NCBI RefSeq assembly: GCF_006345805.1
Contig: NC_043013.1
Coordinates: 19,034,001 to 19,098,000 of the forward strand
DNA: 64,000 nucleotides
From: Octopus sinensis
Taxonomy: Eukaryota
Reading direction: 5' to 3'
Made by a program: the position numbers and the translations under genes. Positions 41,057 through 53,142 of the stretch are shown here, in pieces (position 1 is the stretch's first letter; every line of letters begins with the position of its first letter). The notes under the pieces were generated by a model that made no database searches, was not told the origin of the DNA, and saw only the letters and a program-made list of their open reading frames with translations.

Positions 41057-41853
41057 AGGTGGTGAGCTGGCAGAGTCGTTACGACGTCGGGAGAAATGCT
41101 TAGCAGTGTTTCGTCTGGCGCTACGTTCCGAGTTCAAATTCCGCCGAGGTCAACTTTGCCTTTCATCCTTTCGAGGTCGACTGAATAAGTACCAGTTACG
41201 CACTAGAGTCGATTTAATCGACTACCCACCTTATGCTTTCAGTACAATGGAGTTGTATATTTGTAATTAAAGCGGCGAGCTGGCAGAAACCTTAGCTCGC
41301 CGGGCGAAATGCTAAGCGATATTTCGTCTGCCGCTACGTTCTGAGTTCAAATTCCGCCGAGGTCGACTTTGCCTTTCATCCTTTCGGGTTCGATAAATTA
41401 AGTACCAGTTACGCTCTGGGGTCGATGTAATCGACTTAATCTGTGTGTCTGTCCTTGTTTGTCCTCTCTGGGTTTAGCCCCTTGTGGGTAGTAAAGAAAT
41501 AGGTATTTCGTCTGCCGCTACGTTCTGATTTCAAATTCCGCCGAGGTCGGCTTTGGCTTTCATCCTTTCGGGGTCGATTAAATAAGTACCAGTTACGCAC
41601 TGGGGTCGATATAATCGTCTTAATCCGTGTGTCTGTCCTTGTTTGTCCTCTCTGTGTTTAGCCCCTTGTGAGTAGTAAAGAAATAGGTATTTCGTCTGCC
41701 GCTACGTTCTGAGTTCAAATTCCGCCGAGGTCGACTTTGCCTTTCATCCTTTCGGGGTCGATTAAATAAGTACCAGTTACGGACTGGTTTCGATATAATC
41801 GTCTTAATCCGTTTGTCTGTCCTTGTTTGTCCCCTCTGTGTTTAGCCCCTTGT
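41057..41853 (+). mobile_element. SINE B tandem array (four units)
   Basis: Units restart at GTATTTCGTCTGCCGCTACG at about 41320, 41503 and 41687. Confidence 0.9.
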
Positions 41854-41879
41854 TCTGATTTAGCAATTTATAGAGGATA

Positions 41880-42618
41880 AGTGGCGGAGAAGTGCTACGA
41901 CGTTCTCTGGGTCAGTCTGTTCCGGGGGATATTTTGGTCGAGAATTATTATGGATGGGAGCGCTACCGGTTCGAGGTAAACTTTACAGGCACGGATACGC
42001 TGTCAGACAGGTTTGTCCGCGATGCGCACAGAGTAACGAAACCATCTTGCACGCACTCGTTAAGTGTCCGAGCATCGCTGACATGTGGGATTGTGTCGAA
42101 CATGTGGGACAGATCCGTCTATTGACCGAGTCCATAATGATGATTGCCTTGCCGCCCTCCTTCAACAGGGCAGGCAAAGCTGTTTTCCTTTGTCTGGTGT
42201 CTGTGTCGAAAGAGTTTGTCTGGTGGACGAGATTGAAAGACATGATGAGAGATACAGTCCTCTTTCCACAGGCCTCATCGACTTTCTCAAGTTTTACTTG
42301 AAAAGGAAATTGAGAGTGGAGAGAGAAGTGCTGTCCTCGAGTGAGTTTATTGAAAGGTGTAAGCTGCAAAAATGGCAAGTATGGATGTTAACTCTCTAAG
42401 TATAGACATCTGAGTAGAAGAAAGATAGGGGGAGAGGGTACTCCCCCATCTTTTCAAACTTTGTATACTATGTATATTTCCCTTCCTTTTCATTGTACAC
42501 CGTGCATACTTATTCTTTTTCTCTATATATTTAATTTATCATTTCATTATACGTAAAGTCCCACACTTTGTCTTTGTATCGTCTCTCTCACTCCTGCGTC
42601 CTGGTGGCAAATAAATAA
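41880..42618 (+). mobile_element. L1/Tx1-clade LINE 3' end (zf-RVT)
   Basis: ALPVRGKL...CPRCAQSNETILHALVKC..W is a CCHC zf-RVT motif. The 3' UTR ends AATAAATAAC followed by (ATC)n. Confidence 0.8.
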
Positions 42619-42630
42619 CATCATCATCAC

Positions 42631-42669
<39 letters not shown>

Positions 42670-42721
42670 CCTCCTCCTCCTCCTCATCATCATCATTTAT
42701 ATTATTATTATTATTATTATT

Positions 42722-43077
42722 TTATATTTGACTGTTGCTTTATATTTGTACAAGTTGGCTCCAAGTCTCACCCAGAGACCTCAAGAGACAACAACTTAGA
42801 ATTTCATGTTGGTATTGTGCCTAAGGTGCCATATATTTGGTTTTATACATAGTGTTGTTCTAGAGAATGTTTAATAAACCATAAGAAAATTATGTGTTTG
42901 TTTTAAAACTTGAGATTACATGGAAAGTATTTTGCGTTGAATATGGACAGTTCCCATGAGCACTATCTTTTGAATTTCTGCCATTTTGGGGTTTCCTGGT
43001 ATCTGAGTTAGGTAGCAATCAACTACTTTTGCTATCATTCCCAGGGCACCTATGACAACAGGTATTGTTTTAGTCTT

Positions 43078-43108
<31 letters not shown>

Positions 43109-43242
43109 GGATAATAATTATTATTATTATTATTATCATTCAGTAGTTTTATTTTTATAGCGCAGCTCTGTGTGCCTTAGGTATGTGCTGTGATTTGTTG
43201 TGATGCTCTGATGGTTATTGTATGGAAAGTGTTCTGCGTAGG

Positions 43243-43287
<45 letters not shown>

Positions 43288-44385
43288 GAAGACGTCGTAC
43301 AGTAACCAATTCCGTGATGTTGTTGATTGAAGATATTATGTTTACCGGGTGTTTGTCACAACAAGAACCTCAGACAGATAGTACTCAGCGCAATATGCAT
43401 GAAATGTCAAGTAATGCCGATTTCTGCAATACACATAGATTGTAGGGTATTTCTAAAATTTCCAGATGTTACTTCAGGTTGGGAGGTATTGAACACAATG
43501 TTCTAATGACAACAGGGACGACCTTTATATTTGACTCTGGTAGCTGCTACATCTTAGCCATCTCAATTCTTAGGTCTCCGATGTTTTTCTTTCTTTCATA
43601 ACATGTTGGTCTACTCGCACGTCCACCATTAGTTACTCTTGTTTGTCTCTCCTAAAGTTTATTATATCCGGCCTTCGGTTCTCTAATACCTTGTCTGTCA
43701 GGAAGTCAAAGTCTCAGTCGTCCATTACCTTTTAATATTATTTCTTTTTTCCTTCTTTCTTCAAATTTTCTTCCGTTTCTGGCCGGGTGTTTTCCGTACA
43801 CCTAGGGCAGAAAAGCTCATTGTATACTTTCCCAGATTACACACGCAAATTCACAGGTGAACTATGTATTAAAAACAAATTAATAAGCAAAATTTCATGA
43901 ATGGATGTTGTTTTCATAGCGATAATGCTTTTCTCAGTACATGAGTCGTTCCAGTTAACACCATGTTTTGCACTTCCTGTAGGGATGGTAAGCCTGGTAT
44001 CATTTTCAAATAGGTTTCAGTACCTTTTTTTTTATCATTCCTAGAGATCCTACAATCACTGTTACTGTAGTCGCCTTGAGATGCCACATTTTTTCAATCT
44101 CTATCAGCAAGTCTTTATATTTACTAATCTTGTCAAATTCTTTCGCCGCTATATTGTGATTGCAAGGAATACTCATGTCAATTAATAAACACACCTTTTT
44201 TGTCTGATCTTTTATAATAATATCCGGTTTATTAGCTTTTATAGTTTTGTCGGTATGTACGGAGAAGTCCCAGAGAATCGACCCATTTCAGTCACAGCTT
44301 CAGGATGGTGTTTATACCATTTGTCAGCGGTTTTGATTTTATAATGCCAACATATTGTCCAGTGTAAATACTGGCCGACTCTGTC
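42722..44385 (-). mobile_element. Stack of R4/Dong-like (RLE endonuclease) LINE 3' fragments in (TAA)/(CAT) repeats
   Basis: NKPDII...CLLIDMSIP...KISKYKDL..EIEKMW...VIVGSLG (43950-44385), KTIPVVIGALGMI...IQKIVLMGT (42930-43077), ILRRTLSIQ* (43195-43223), and a frameshifted fourth copy at 43370-43740. Confidence 0.85.
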
Positions 44386-44389
44386 ATGT

Positions 44390-45103
44390 CTTGCTTTATA
44401 TTCAACAGGTACAAAGACTGTACGATTTTCCTACTCATTTAGCCCCCTTTACACTTTCTACGTTCTTTCTACTTCTCTTTTTCTCACTCCCTCTCTCTCA
44501 CATTTATGGGCCTTCCCTTCATTTTCAACTACCCTCCTCTTTTACCTCACTCTGTCCCTTTCTTTTCTTTTTCTCTCTTTCTCGTCCCTACCTAATTTTT
44601 CAATCCCACTGCCCCTATCTCTCTCCTCTCCTTCCACGTGACCTGTGTTCCGCCAAGCCTGCCCTTTCTTTCTTGGTTTGACTACGATCCGTGTAGCATC
44701 TCTTATATTCCTTCCCATGACTTTCATCTCATATGTTCCACACACGCCAATTTAATTTAATTCCTCCTTAATCGAAGGCACCTGTCGTTAATGTACTGTT
44801 TTATGTATTTGTAATTGTGTTTCCTTCTCCGTTTTTTTTTTCGTGCTTCTTTTTTTCGTATACATTCGTTTGCTTTCTTCCAAGGTGTCTAGTGCGCTTA
44901 GCTTAGATTTTGTGGGGCCGGCCAGACTGGAGCAGTCTGGAGTTTAACCGGCCGAAACTGCAAAGATGATCTGAAACTCGACTGAGGATAGGAAGTTCCG
45001 AATGACCCATCCTTGTTTTTTCCTGTCCTTTTTGTATCGTCTAACTGTCCGGATGTTTTTTTTTTGTCGCCTGTTACATTCTTGTTCCTTTTTTGTTTTC
45101 TTG
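44390..45103 (+). mobile_element. Probable PLE 3' fragment with hammerhead-shaped but non-canonical motif
   Basis: A pyrimidine-rich block followed by a structured motif at 44905-45008, ending at (TA)n. Homologous to 33520-33660. Confidence 0.5.
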
Positions 45104-45105
45104 AT

Positions 45106-45175
<70 letters not shown>

Positions 45176-45521
45176 CATATATATACATGTACATATAATG
45201 CATACATACATACATACATACATACATACATACATACGACGGCGAAGGTTTGGTGGTCAGGGTGTTGCGCTCACGATCTGGCAGTCGTGATTTCAATTTC
45301 TAGAACAAGTGGTGAGTTGTGTTCCTGAGCAAAATACTTCATCTCACACTGCTCTGTGATCCCTTCGACACTCGATGTGTTGATCTATTTATACAACATC
45401 GATTTCATGGAGGGAGCGAGCTAATGTGCGGCATGAACATTCGATCACTATAAACGAATCATTCGTGCAGGTCGAACTTGCATACCGTGTCTTCAACGGG
45501 AGAATCCATCATGTATATATA

Positions 45522-45605
<84 letters not shown>

Positions 45606-45787
45606 ATGTGTATGTGTGTGTGTGTGCATGTGTGTATGTGTATGCATTTATTTATATATATATAGAGAACATGATATAAAATAGTAATAATATATATATA
45701 TGTATACACTCATGCATACATCTATGTGTGTGAGTGTGCGTGCGTGCGTGTGCGTGCGTGCGTGTGCATGTGTGTGTATGTGTGCGC

Positions 45788-45848
<61 letters not shown>

Positions 45849-45950
45849 GTTAATCCAGACATGAAAACACAAAGAGAAAACACAACACGAGGACGTGGAA
45901 CAAGTATAGTGTTATTGGACGCTCAGGAAAGGAAAGAAAGAAGGAGGAGG

Positions 45951-45985
45951 ACTTAACGTTTCAAGCAGAGCTCTTCGTCAGAAAC
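45951..45985 (-). ncRNA. Minimal hammerhead motif in a PLE-type terminal fragment (45846-46055)
   Basis: The minus strand reads GTTT-CTGACGA-a-GAGC-tct-GCTT-GAAA-CG-TT-AAGT. The flanks are homologous to 35930-36114. Confidence 0.78.
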
Positions 45986-46637
45986 ATAGGAGAAGGAAAG
46001 ATCCAAGGAAGGGAAGACGGAGGGCAAAAAATAGCCAACGGTACACACGCGGTCTGCCTTTCTTAAGGACGCAATGGCACTCCAGCCCACTAATCGAATT
46101 CACGACCTTTCCATTTAGGGAGTGAGAGAGAGTGAGAGAATGAGAGAAAGAGAGAGTAAGAGAGGGGTAAGGAGAGAGTAAAGAAAGAAAGATAAAGATA
46201 GAGGGCTAGAGACAAAAGAAGGTTGAGTAAAGGATGAGGTAACTGTAAAATACGTCATGTAATTGTATTTTATTTTCTCTGTCCTATTTAAGTTGTACAT
46301 GTTTAATGTTATCTTATTGTTTTATTTTTACACTATGTTACGAACCAAACCAATCCCCTGACTACGTTACGTTGAGCATTTGTAGTACAGCACATATCTA
46401 ACATAATAAATTTACATACGCTAATTTGTTACGTACTTAACAAAGAGCTTCCACACTTTAACATTGAATTATGACTAGGTAATCTACTGGTAACGATGTG
46501 TTAGCATCAATCATCGACTGATGACGTGACTGAGCTGTACAGCTTGTTTGAATATATGCATATGTGTATGTATGTCTGTGTCTGTGTCTGTGGTTATGCG
46601 TGTGTGTTTGCGTAGGTAAGTGCATACCTGTATATGC

Positions 46638-46938
46638 ATATGAGTATTATGTTCATACGTATGGATATATATGTAAAAATGTATATGCACATGTATGTAT
46701 CTATGTATTTATGTGTATGTGTCTACGTGTGTATGTTGGCTGATATATATGTGTGCGTGTATATGTGTGTGTATATATACGTATATGTATATGAGTATTA
46801 TGTTCATACGTATGGATATATATGTAAAAATGTATATGCACATGTATGTATCTATGTATTTATGTGTATGTGTCTACGTGTGTATGTTGGCTGATATATA
46901 TATGTGCGTGTATATGTGTGTGTATATATACGTATATG
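46638..46938. repeat. 151-bp tandem duplication of degenerate TG/TA sequence
   Basis: GAGTATTATGTTCATACG starts at 46642 and 46793, and the two copies are nearly identical. Confidence 0.9.
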
Positions 46939-47323
46939 CATGCGTAAATACATAGATATGCACTAGCATATTATAATGGCGCACTCCTTTGGACGGTTTA
47001 ATTTGAATTAGCCCGCAGTTAGAAGTCGTTTCAAGTTGATAAACGTAAAATGTATAATTAACAACTTTGTTAGCAGTTTATTATATGGTATGAAGCAAAC
47101 TAAGTAATGAATAAAGTTTTTTTTTTTAACACAAATTTGGCAGTTAGTAATAAATGAAAGTCCATGAAATACGATCGCAGTTGCAGTAGATATTAGGAAT
47201 TCTATATCTTACTTGAATCGTTTTGTAGCATGTAGTTATGTTACAAGTAATGCCTGACCGCATTGAAGCTTTTTTCAATGAAAGTCATGTATGATAAAAG
47301 GCCCACCGACTGAACAATGGTTT

Positions 47324-47960
47324 TCATGTTCTCCTACGCAGAGCCTTCAAGTTCGCATTGGTCTGAAGTCGCATTGTCATTTGTTCATCCGTTTCTGAAG
47401 CCCTTGCATTGGTCATTAAAGCAGCAGTCAAAGCCTGACGATTTCTGCGCTGTACTGGTGATTCTGCGGCCTTTGCAGTATTTGTAGTATCAGCATTACG
47501 CTTCCTTCGAGTGATGCGCTGTGCTGGTGACTCTGACGCCCGTGCAGTTGCAGTAGTTTTAGCATTACGTGCCCTCCGGGCTGTGCGTTGTTGCGCTGAC
47601 TGTGAAGCCCTTGCAGCAGCAGCAGTTACAGCATTACGCTTCCTTAGGGTTCTATGCTCTTGTGGAGTGTCTGCAGCTGAGACATTTTTGGCAAGACGCA
47701 CCAAACGGATTGTCCGTTGTTGAGCTGACTCGGTAGCCCTTGCAGCTGAAGCCTTTTTGAAAAGACGCGCCAACAGGATAGTCCGTTGTCGAGGTGACTC
47801 GGTAGCATTTCGAATCCCTTGCTGATCTGTTGCTATTTGCCGTCATCATTTCATCTGTCCGATTGAGATTCTCTTGCTCATGCCCCTCGGCTATCTCTTG
47901 AGTTCTTTCTGCTTAAGACTAATCACACCTTTCTCCGGTTCCTTCCTAACATAAGTTATC
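47324..47960 (-). pseudogene. STPR-like 23-aa repeat ORF remnant, probably a Helitron Rep/Hel N-terminus
   Basis: Repeats ARATESAQQRTIRL, ARASQSAQQRTARR, ARASESPAQRITRR and ARASETDEQMTMRL with ~23-aa spacing. It is frameshifted upstream. Confidence 0.6.
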
Positions 47961-48746
47961 ATATTGGACTCATTGCTTCATTGCCGTCTCTCTAGGATAA
48001 CCTTCGAGCAGAAAGTATAAGTATGGCAGTAACTAGTTGAACGCATTTTCCACAAAGTACATCTAAGTATGTTTTCTTCAACACACTAAAGCACTTTCGT
48101 TCCGGCGCACGGTAAGAAATATGGTATCCGGCAAACATTTCTGTAAAATATATTTCTCCGACGCCCTGTACAGTATAGTGTGTCTTCACAAACAATACAG
48201 TATTGTTTGTCTGATACAGAGTACAGTATAGAATATAACCTTAGTTGTTTCATAATTATCTGACGCAGGGTACAGTACAGATTAGATAACACAATTCAGA
48301 ACATCATTATTCGGTACAATGTGCAGTCATTAATTTCCGACACAGTGCAGTAGATTTATACGTCCAAAACGTACTATTTTCAAGTGAAAATAATGATAAT
48401 AATCCTTTCTACTAGAGGCACAAGGCCTGAAATTTAGGGAAGAGGAATAGTCGATTACATCGATCCCAGTGTGTAAATGGTACTTAATTTTTCGACTCCG
48501 AAACGATGAAAGGCAAAGTTGACCTTAGCGGAATTTGAACCCAGAACGTAGCCTCGCACGAAATATGGCTAAGCATTTGTCCAGCTTGCTAACGATTCTG
48601 CCAGCTCGCCGCCTTCATTATAATTCTTTCTACTATAGGCAGACGACGTTTATGCTGATATACCCTCCTGCCTTCATTAGTTGTCTTGGGGAAATTTCGA
48701 ACCCAGGTTCTCATTCCTAAGGTATTTTTCGATGTTGTTGTTGTTG

Positions 48747-48794
<48 letters not shown>

Positions 48795-48796
<2 letters not shown>

Positions 48797-48965
48797 TAAT
48801 TTTCTTATGGTTTCTTAAACATTCTCTAGAACAACACTGTAAAAAACCAAATATATTGAAGCCTAGGCACAATACCAACATGAACTTCTAAGTTGTTGTC
48901 TTTTGAGGTCTCTGGGTGAGACTTGGAGCCAACTTGTACAAATATAAAGCAAAAGTCAAACATAA
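48795..48965 (+). mobile_element. R4/Dong-like 3' UTR fragment between (TAA)n tracts
   Basis: Reverse-complement homolog of 42722-42895. Confidence 0.8.
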
Positions 48966-48987
48966 AATAATAATAATAATAATGATG

Positions 48988-49032
<45 letters not shown>

Positions 49033-49117
49033 TAATAATAATAATAATAATAGTAATAATGATAATAAGATAGAAAAATACTTTAGGGATGAGAACCCAG
49101 GTTCGAAATTTCTGAAA

Positions 49118-49163
49118 GACATCTGAAGAAGGCTGAAGGGTATATCAGCCGAAACGTTGTGTT
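49118..49163 (+). ncRNA. Minimal hammerhead ribozyme motif
   Basis: GACAT-CTGAAGA-a-GGCTGA-agggtata-TCAGCC-GAAA-CG-TT-GTGTT. A decayed inverted homolog lies at 48642-48690. Confidence 0.85.
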
Positions 49164-50588
49164 AACAACAAACAAGATGAGGACAAATATTCATCAAATG
49201 TAAATGATATAAACAATGTAAATAATGTATCATAGCCATGTGTAGAGAGGAATTCTTTGGGATTTGGATATATTCACCTCTGGAAACGTGGGCGTTTTGT
49301 TCATCATCTTTAAACAGCCTTTATTCAGGGACCTTTTGAGTGGGATAGGCTACTAAACCTGAAGAAAATTCTAACTGGGCACCTCCTGTAAGATCATGGG
49401 ATCTTTATCTTGATATGAGATCACCATGTCGCGTACATATGGTTGTGATGCATTTGCCTGGTGTACCCTTATCAGATGGGTAGCTATGATGGGTATATGG
49501 AGCTTCGTATATTTTATTCCATTGTCACTTTGATGGCTGCACTGCTCTCTAACTCAACAACAACAATAATGATAATAATAATAATATTATTAATAGCGAT
49601 AACATAAAGAGAATTCACCATAAATCCCTGATTCAATTTCTCCAAGACAGCATCTTAGATTTGTCTATAGAACATTCATCATTATAAAGAATACAGACTC
49701 CAATATCCAACCAAACACTCACCCACAAAGCTTTATGTTAACTGCAATTTGAGCTCTGAATGTATAAAAAAAAAATAAATAACAGAAAATGTCAGAAATA
49801 TTTTTCTTTCAATCAGAATGAGAAGAAGCCATTACAAGTGGAAGACTGTTTTAAACCAACCATACTTGTAAGATCGTGTCAATGAAAAAACGTGATTTTC
49901 TAAAAGTTACATATACGTGTGTATGTGTGTGTGTGTGTGTCTGTGTGCATATATGTACACTTTTGTACACGCATGTATAGGTCTTATGCATGCACGTATG
50001 TATAAGTCATATCTATTGCAAGTATTTGATAAGTTAACAAAGTAGTTGAATTCTTTTTGACAAACTTTCATCTAATTTTTTCTTTGCATTTCATGTTAAT
50101 GGAGTCTCGAAGGTGGCTTAGCTTAAAAAGAAAATTAACGCATTAAAAATGTTTTTGACAGAAAATATAATTATTAAAATGGTGCAAAATAAAATATGAT
50201 AAATTAGATATTTTCTAGACGTTTCCTGAAAATATGGTCGTATTAAAACATTTTTTACCACTTCTTTAGAAGTTAGCAGTAACAGTTGAACTTAGCAGAT
50301 GCTCACAGTTCTGCAGAAATGTCACTCATTTGAAGTTCCAAAAGCATGGTACATACGAAGGAAATATTTCAATTAGCTTAATTAAATGGAAATGATAAAG
50401 ACGAATGGTATTTCCTCGAATTACTGGATCCTTAAATGCGCAAAAGTAACAGAATTCGGTTAAAGCAACACTGAAAAGTAATCGAATATAAACAAAAGAT
50501 CATATATATATATATATATATGAATGGATGCATGTATATATGTATGTATATATGCGTATATATATACGTGTGTGTGTGTGTGTATATA

Positions 50589-51963
50589 CAGGGTGTTTCA
50601 TCAAATTTGATGTCATTTGAGATGTAAATATCACAGAAACTACATACTCGAAGCAAATGAAACTAAACAGGCTTAATGTTGAGTAACGTAAGATTTATGC
50701 CTCCAAATTTGAATGAGAATTTCAAAGGTATATTGATTCCATGAGCGATTTCACAAATGTTCAATATGCGCACCGCCTGAGACACAGCACACGTCTAGTC
50801 GGTCGTCCAGCTCCTCCCGAACACGCTGCAGCATGTCTTGGGTAACAGTCTACAATGCGATAGTGATTCTCTGCTCGACTTCTGCTAGGTTTGCAGGAAG
50901 AGGCGGGACATAGCCCTTCACATAGCCCCATGTGCAGCTTGTACGATTTTATTAGCAAGCAGTTCCTCAGGACGCGCCAAACTGTCGTGGGAAGAATCTG
51001 GGTTTCAAAAATTGTTCTTCTTATGGACTTCTTGGTGCTTCGCAAGAGTTTTTGGCAAACCCGCTCGACCGTCTCTTCTGATGTAAGTGGTCGTCCAGAT
51101 CTTTTTGCTCTGCACAGACAGCGTTCCTCTTTAAATTCCTTCTACCAAGTCCAAATCTTCATTGCCATTGGTGACTTTCTAGAGAAATTTCTGATAACTG
51201 CACAATTGTGTTCGAGCATACTCCAACACACGAAACGCCTTTTCTCTTCAAAAGAATGCTATTTCTATACCTGATGACAAACATATCAATGATTAAACAA
51301 AATATTGACCTGTTTCTACACATGCTGTTAAAATTTGAAGTCATTTGAACAAGAACACACACATATACATACATATATATGACGTTGGTAGAGCAGTTGG
51401 TGTCTTTCTCAACCGCTCCCCACACATAGTAATCCACAGGCTTACAATCAGGGAATTTAGGGTCTAAAAACTTGGGCTGGTAAAGTCGTAGAAATTCTCT
51501 GACAACCACTTCTTACTTCTGAGACCATATATATGGCCTCTCAGCAGCAATTCTCTCCAGGTAGGGATTGATTATAATCTGTACCAGCTTCATGTAGCAG
51601 TCTGTATTGAGGCGAAGATCCTGTTCATTAGTTGTGGGATAAAGTCCTGCGTAAAGTAAGAATGTCTGCTGCGTTCCCTCTCGCTGGGCAAAGTTCCGTT
51701 GCTGCTGCCTATGTCGTATTTTACAGTCTTTAGCATGTTCATACAGCATTAGGCAGCAATCATGATGCCAGTCTTTTGATACCCGGATCAAATTCTCTTC
51801 CAATATTCAGATGGATTTCTGTTCTCCATGTCAGTTAACTTTTTTCTAAACTTCAAATCTAGTCTTTACGCTTACCAAGGCCATTGACTGTTCACCGATA
51901 TATCAAGCTGTCCCTGAAAAAAAGGAGGCATAAAATATCGTCAAATTTAGTCTGAACACCCTG
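50589..51963 (-). mobile_element. Tc1/mariner superfamily (maT/rosa-like) remnants
   Basis: Termini TA|CAGGGTGTT...AACACCCTG|TA. Peptides RSTKKSIRR..PTTVWRVLRNCL..KSYKL and PDCKPVDYYVWGAVEKDTN. Probably two adjacent elements. Confidence 0.72.
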
Positions 51964-52060
51964 TATACAATCTATCATACTAATATCCGTAGATGTAGCT
52001 CTGAAAACATCTCTCTCAAAAACACTCCATCCACTACGAATACACAGATATATTTATTAA

Positions 52061-52097
<37 letters not shown>

Positions 52098-52417
52098 ATC
52101 TCTCTCTCTCTCTTTCTCTCTCTTTCAAACACAGTCCTTTCATTCCCGACACACTTCGATATCAAAACGCTTCACTCATTCTCTCCTGGAAAGTGCTTCA
52201 ATGCTTATTTCCAGAGTAAATCGAAAACGAAAACATTCCCTCTTACACGAACATAGAAGCAGGCAATCACTCAGCCATCAAGGCGTACACACATAATTTA
52301 TATGTAACAATCCACTATCATATTCTTAAGCATCTGTGTTTTGTTCTTAGAAACACGCGCGCGCATGTGCTAGCGAAACCACGAACGCACAAGGCTACTC
52401 AAAGACAAATGCCTGTA

Positions 52418-52498
<81 letters not shown>

Positions 52499-52578
52499 CA
52501 TATGTTTTTAAATCATTTTACTCATATATATGATTGATTCTAGTTTCAGCTTATGAGCTGTGGCCATGCTGGGGCACC

Positions 52579-52625
<47 letters not shown>

Positions 52626-52756
52626 TTTATGATTTTATGCATACATAAGTACACGCATTCATACATATATGTATAATCCCCACCCCATATATATATATAT
52701 ATATATATACATATATACATATATATATGTATATATGTATATATATACATATATAT

Positions 52757-52806
<50 letters not shown>

Positions 52807-53078
52807 GTATGAATTTATGTATGTATGTATGTATGTATGTATGTATGTATGTATGTATATATGTATGTTTGTATATATGTATATATATATGTATGTATTC
52901 ACACACAATAGAAATATAACCTACTTCATATCCAAGTCATACCAATGTCATACCAATTCATAAGCGTCTGGCAATGTATTTGCATGGTGTGAACCGTTAG
53001 CTATTTGACAGAATCATCATATTAAAGTGTACATTGAATATGTTGTTTAAAGGAAAATGTAGAGTCGCATTTCTTCAT

Positions 53079-53142
<64 letters not shown>

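Noticed and set aside
46517-46550. CTGATGA hammerhead core (also 19593)
   Set aside because: No helix II followed by GAAA and NUH downstream.
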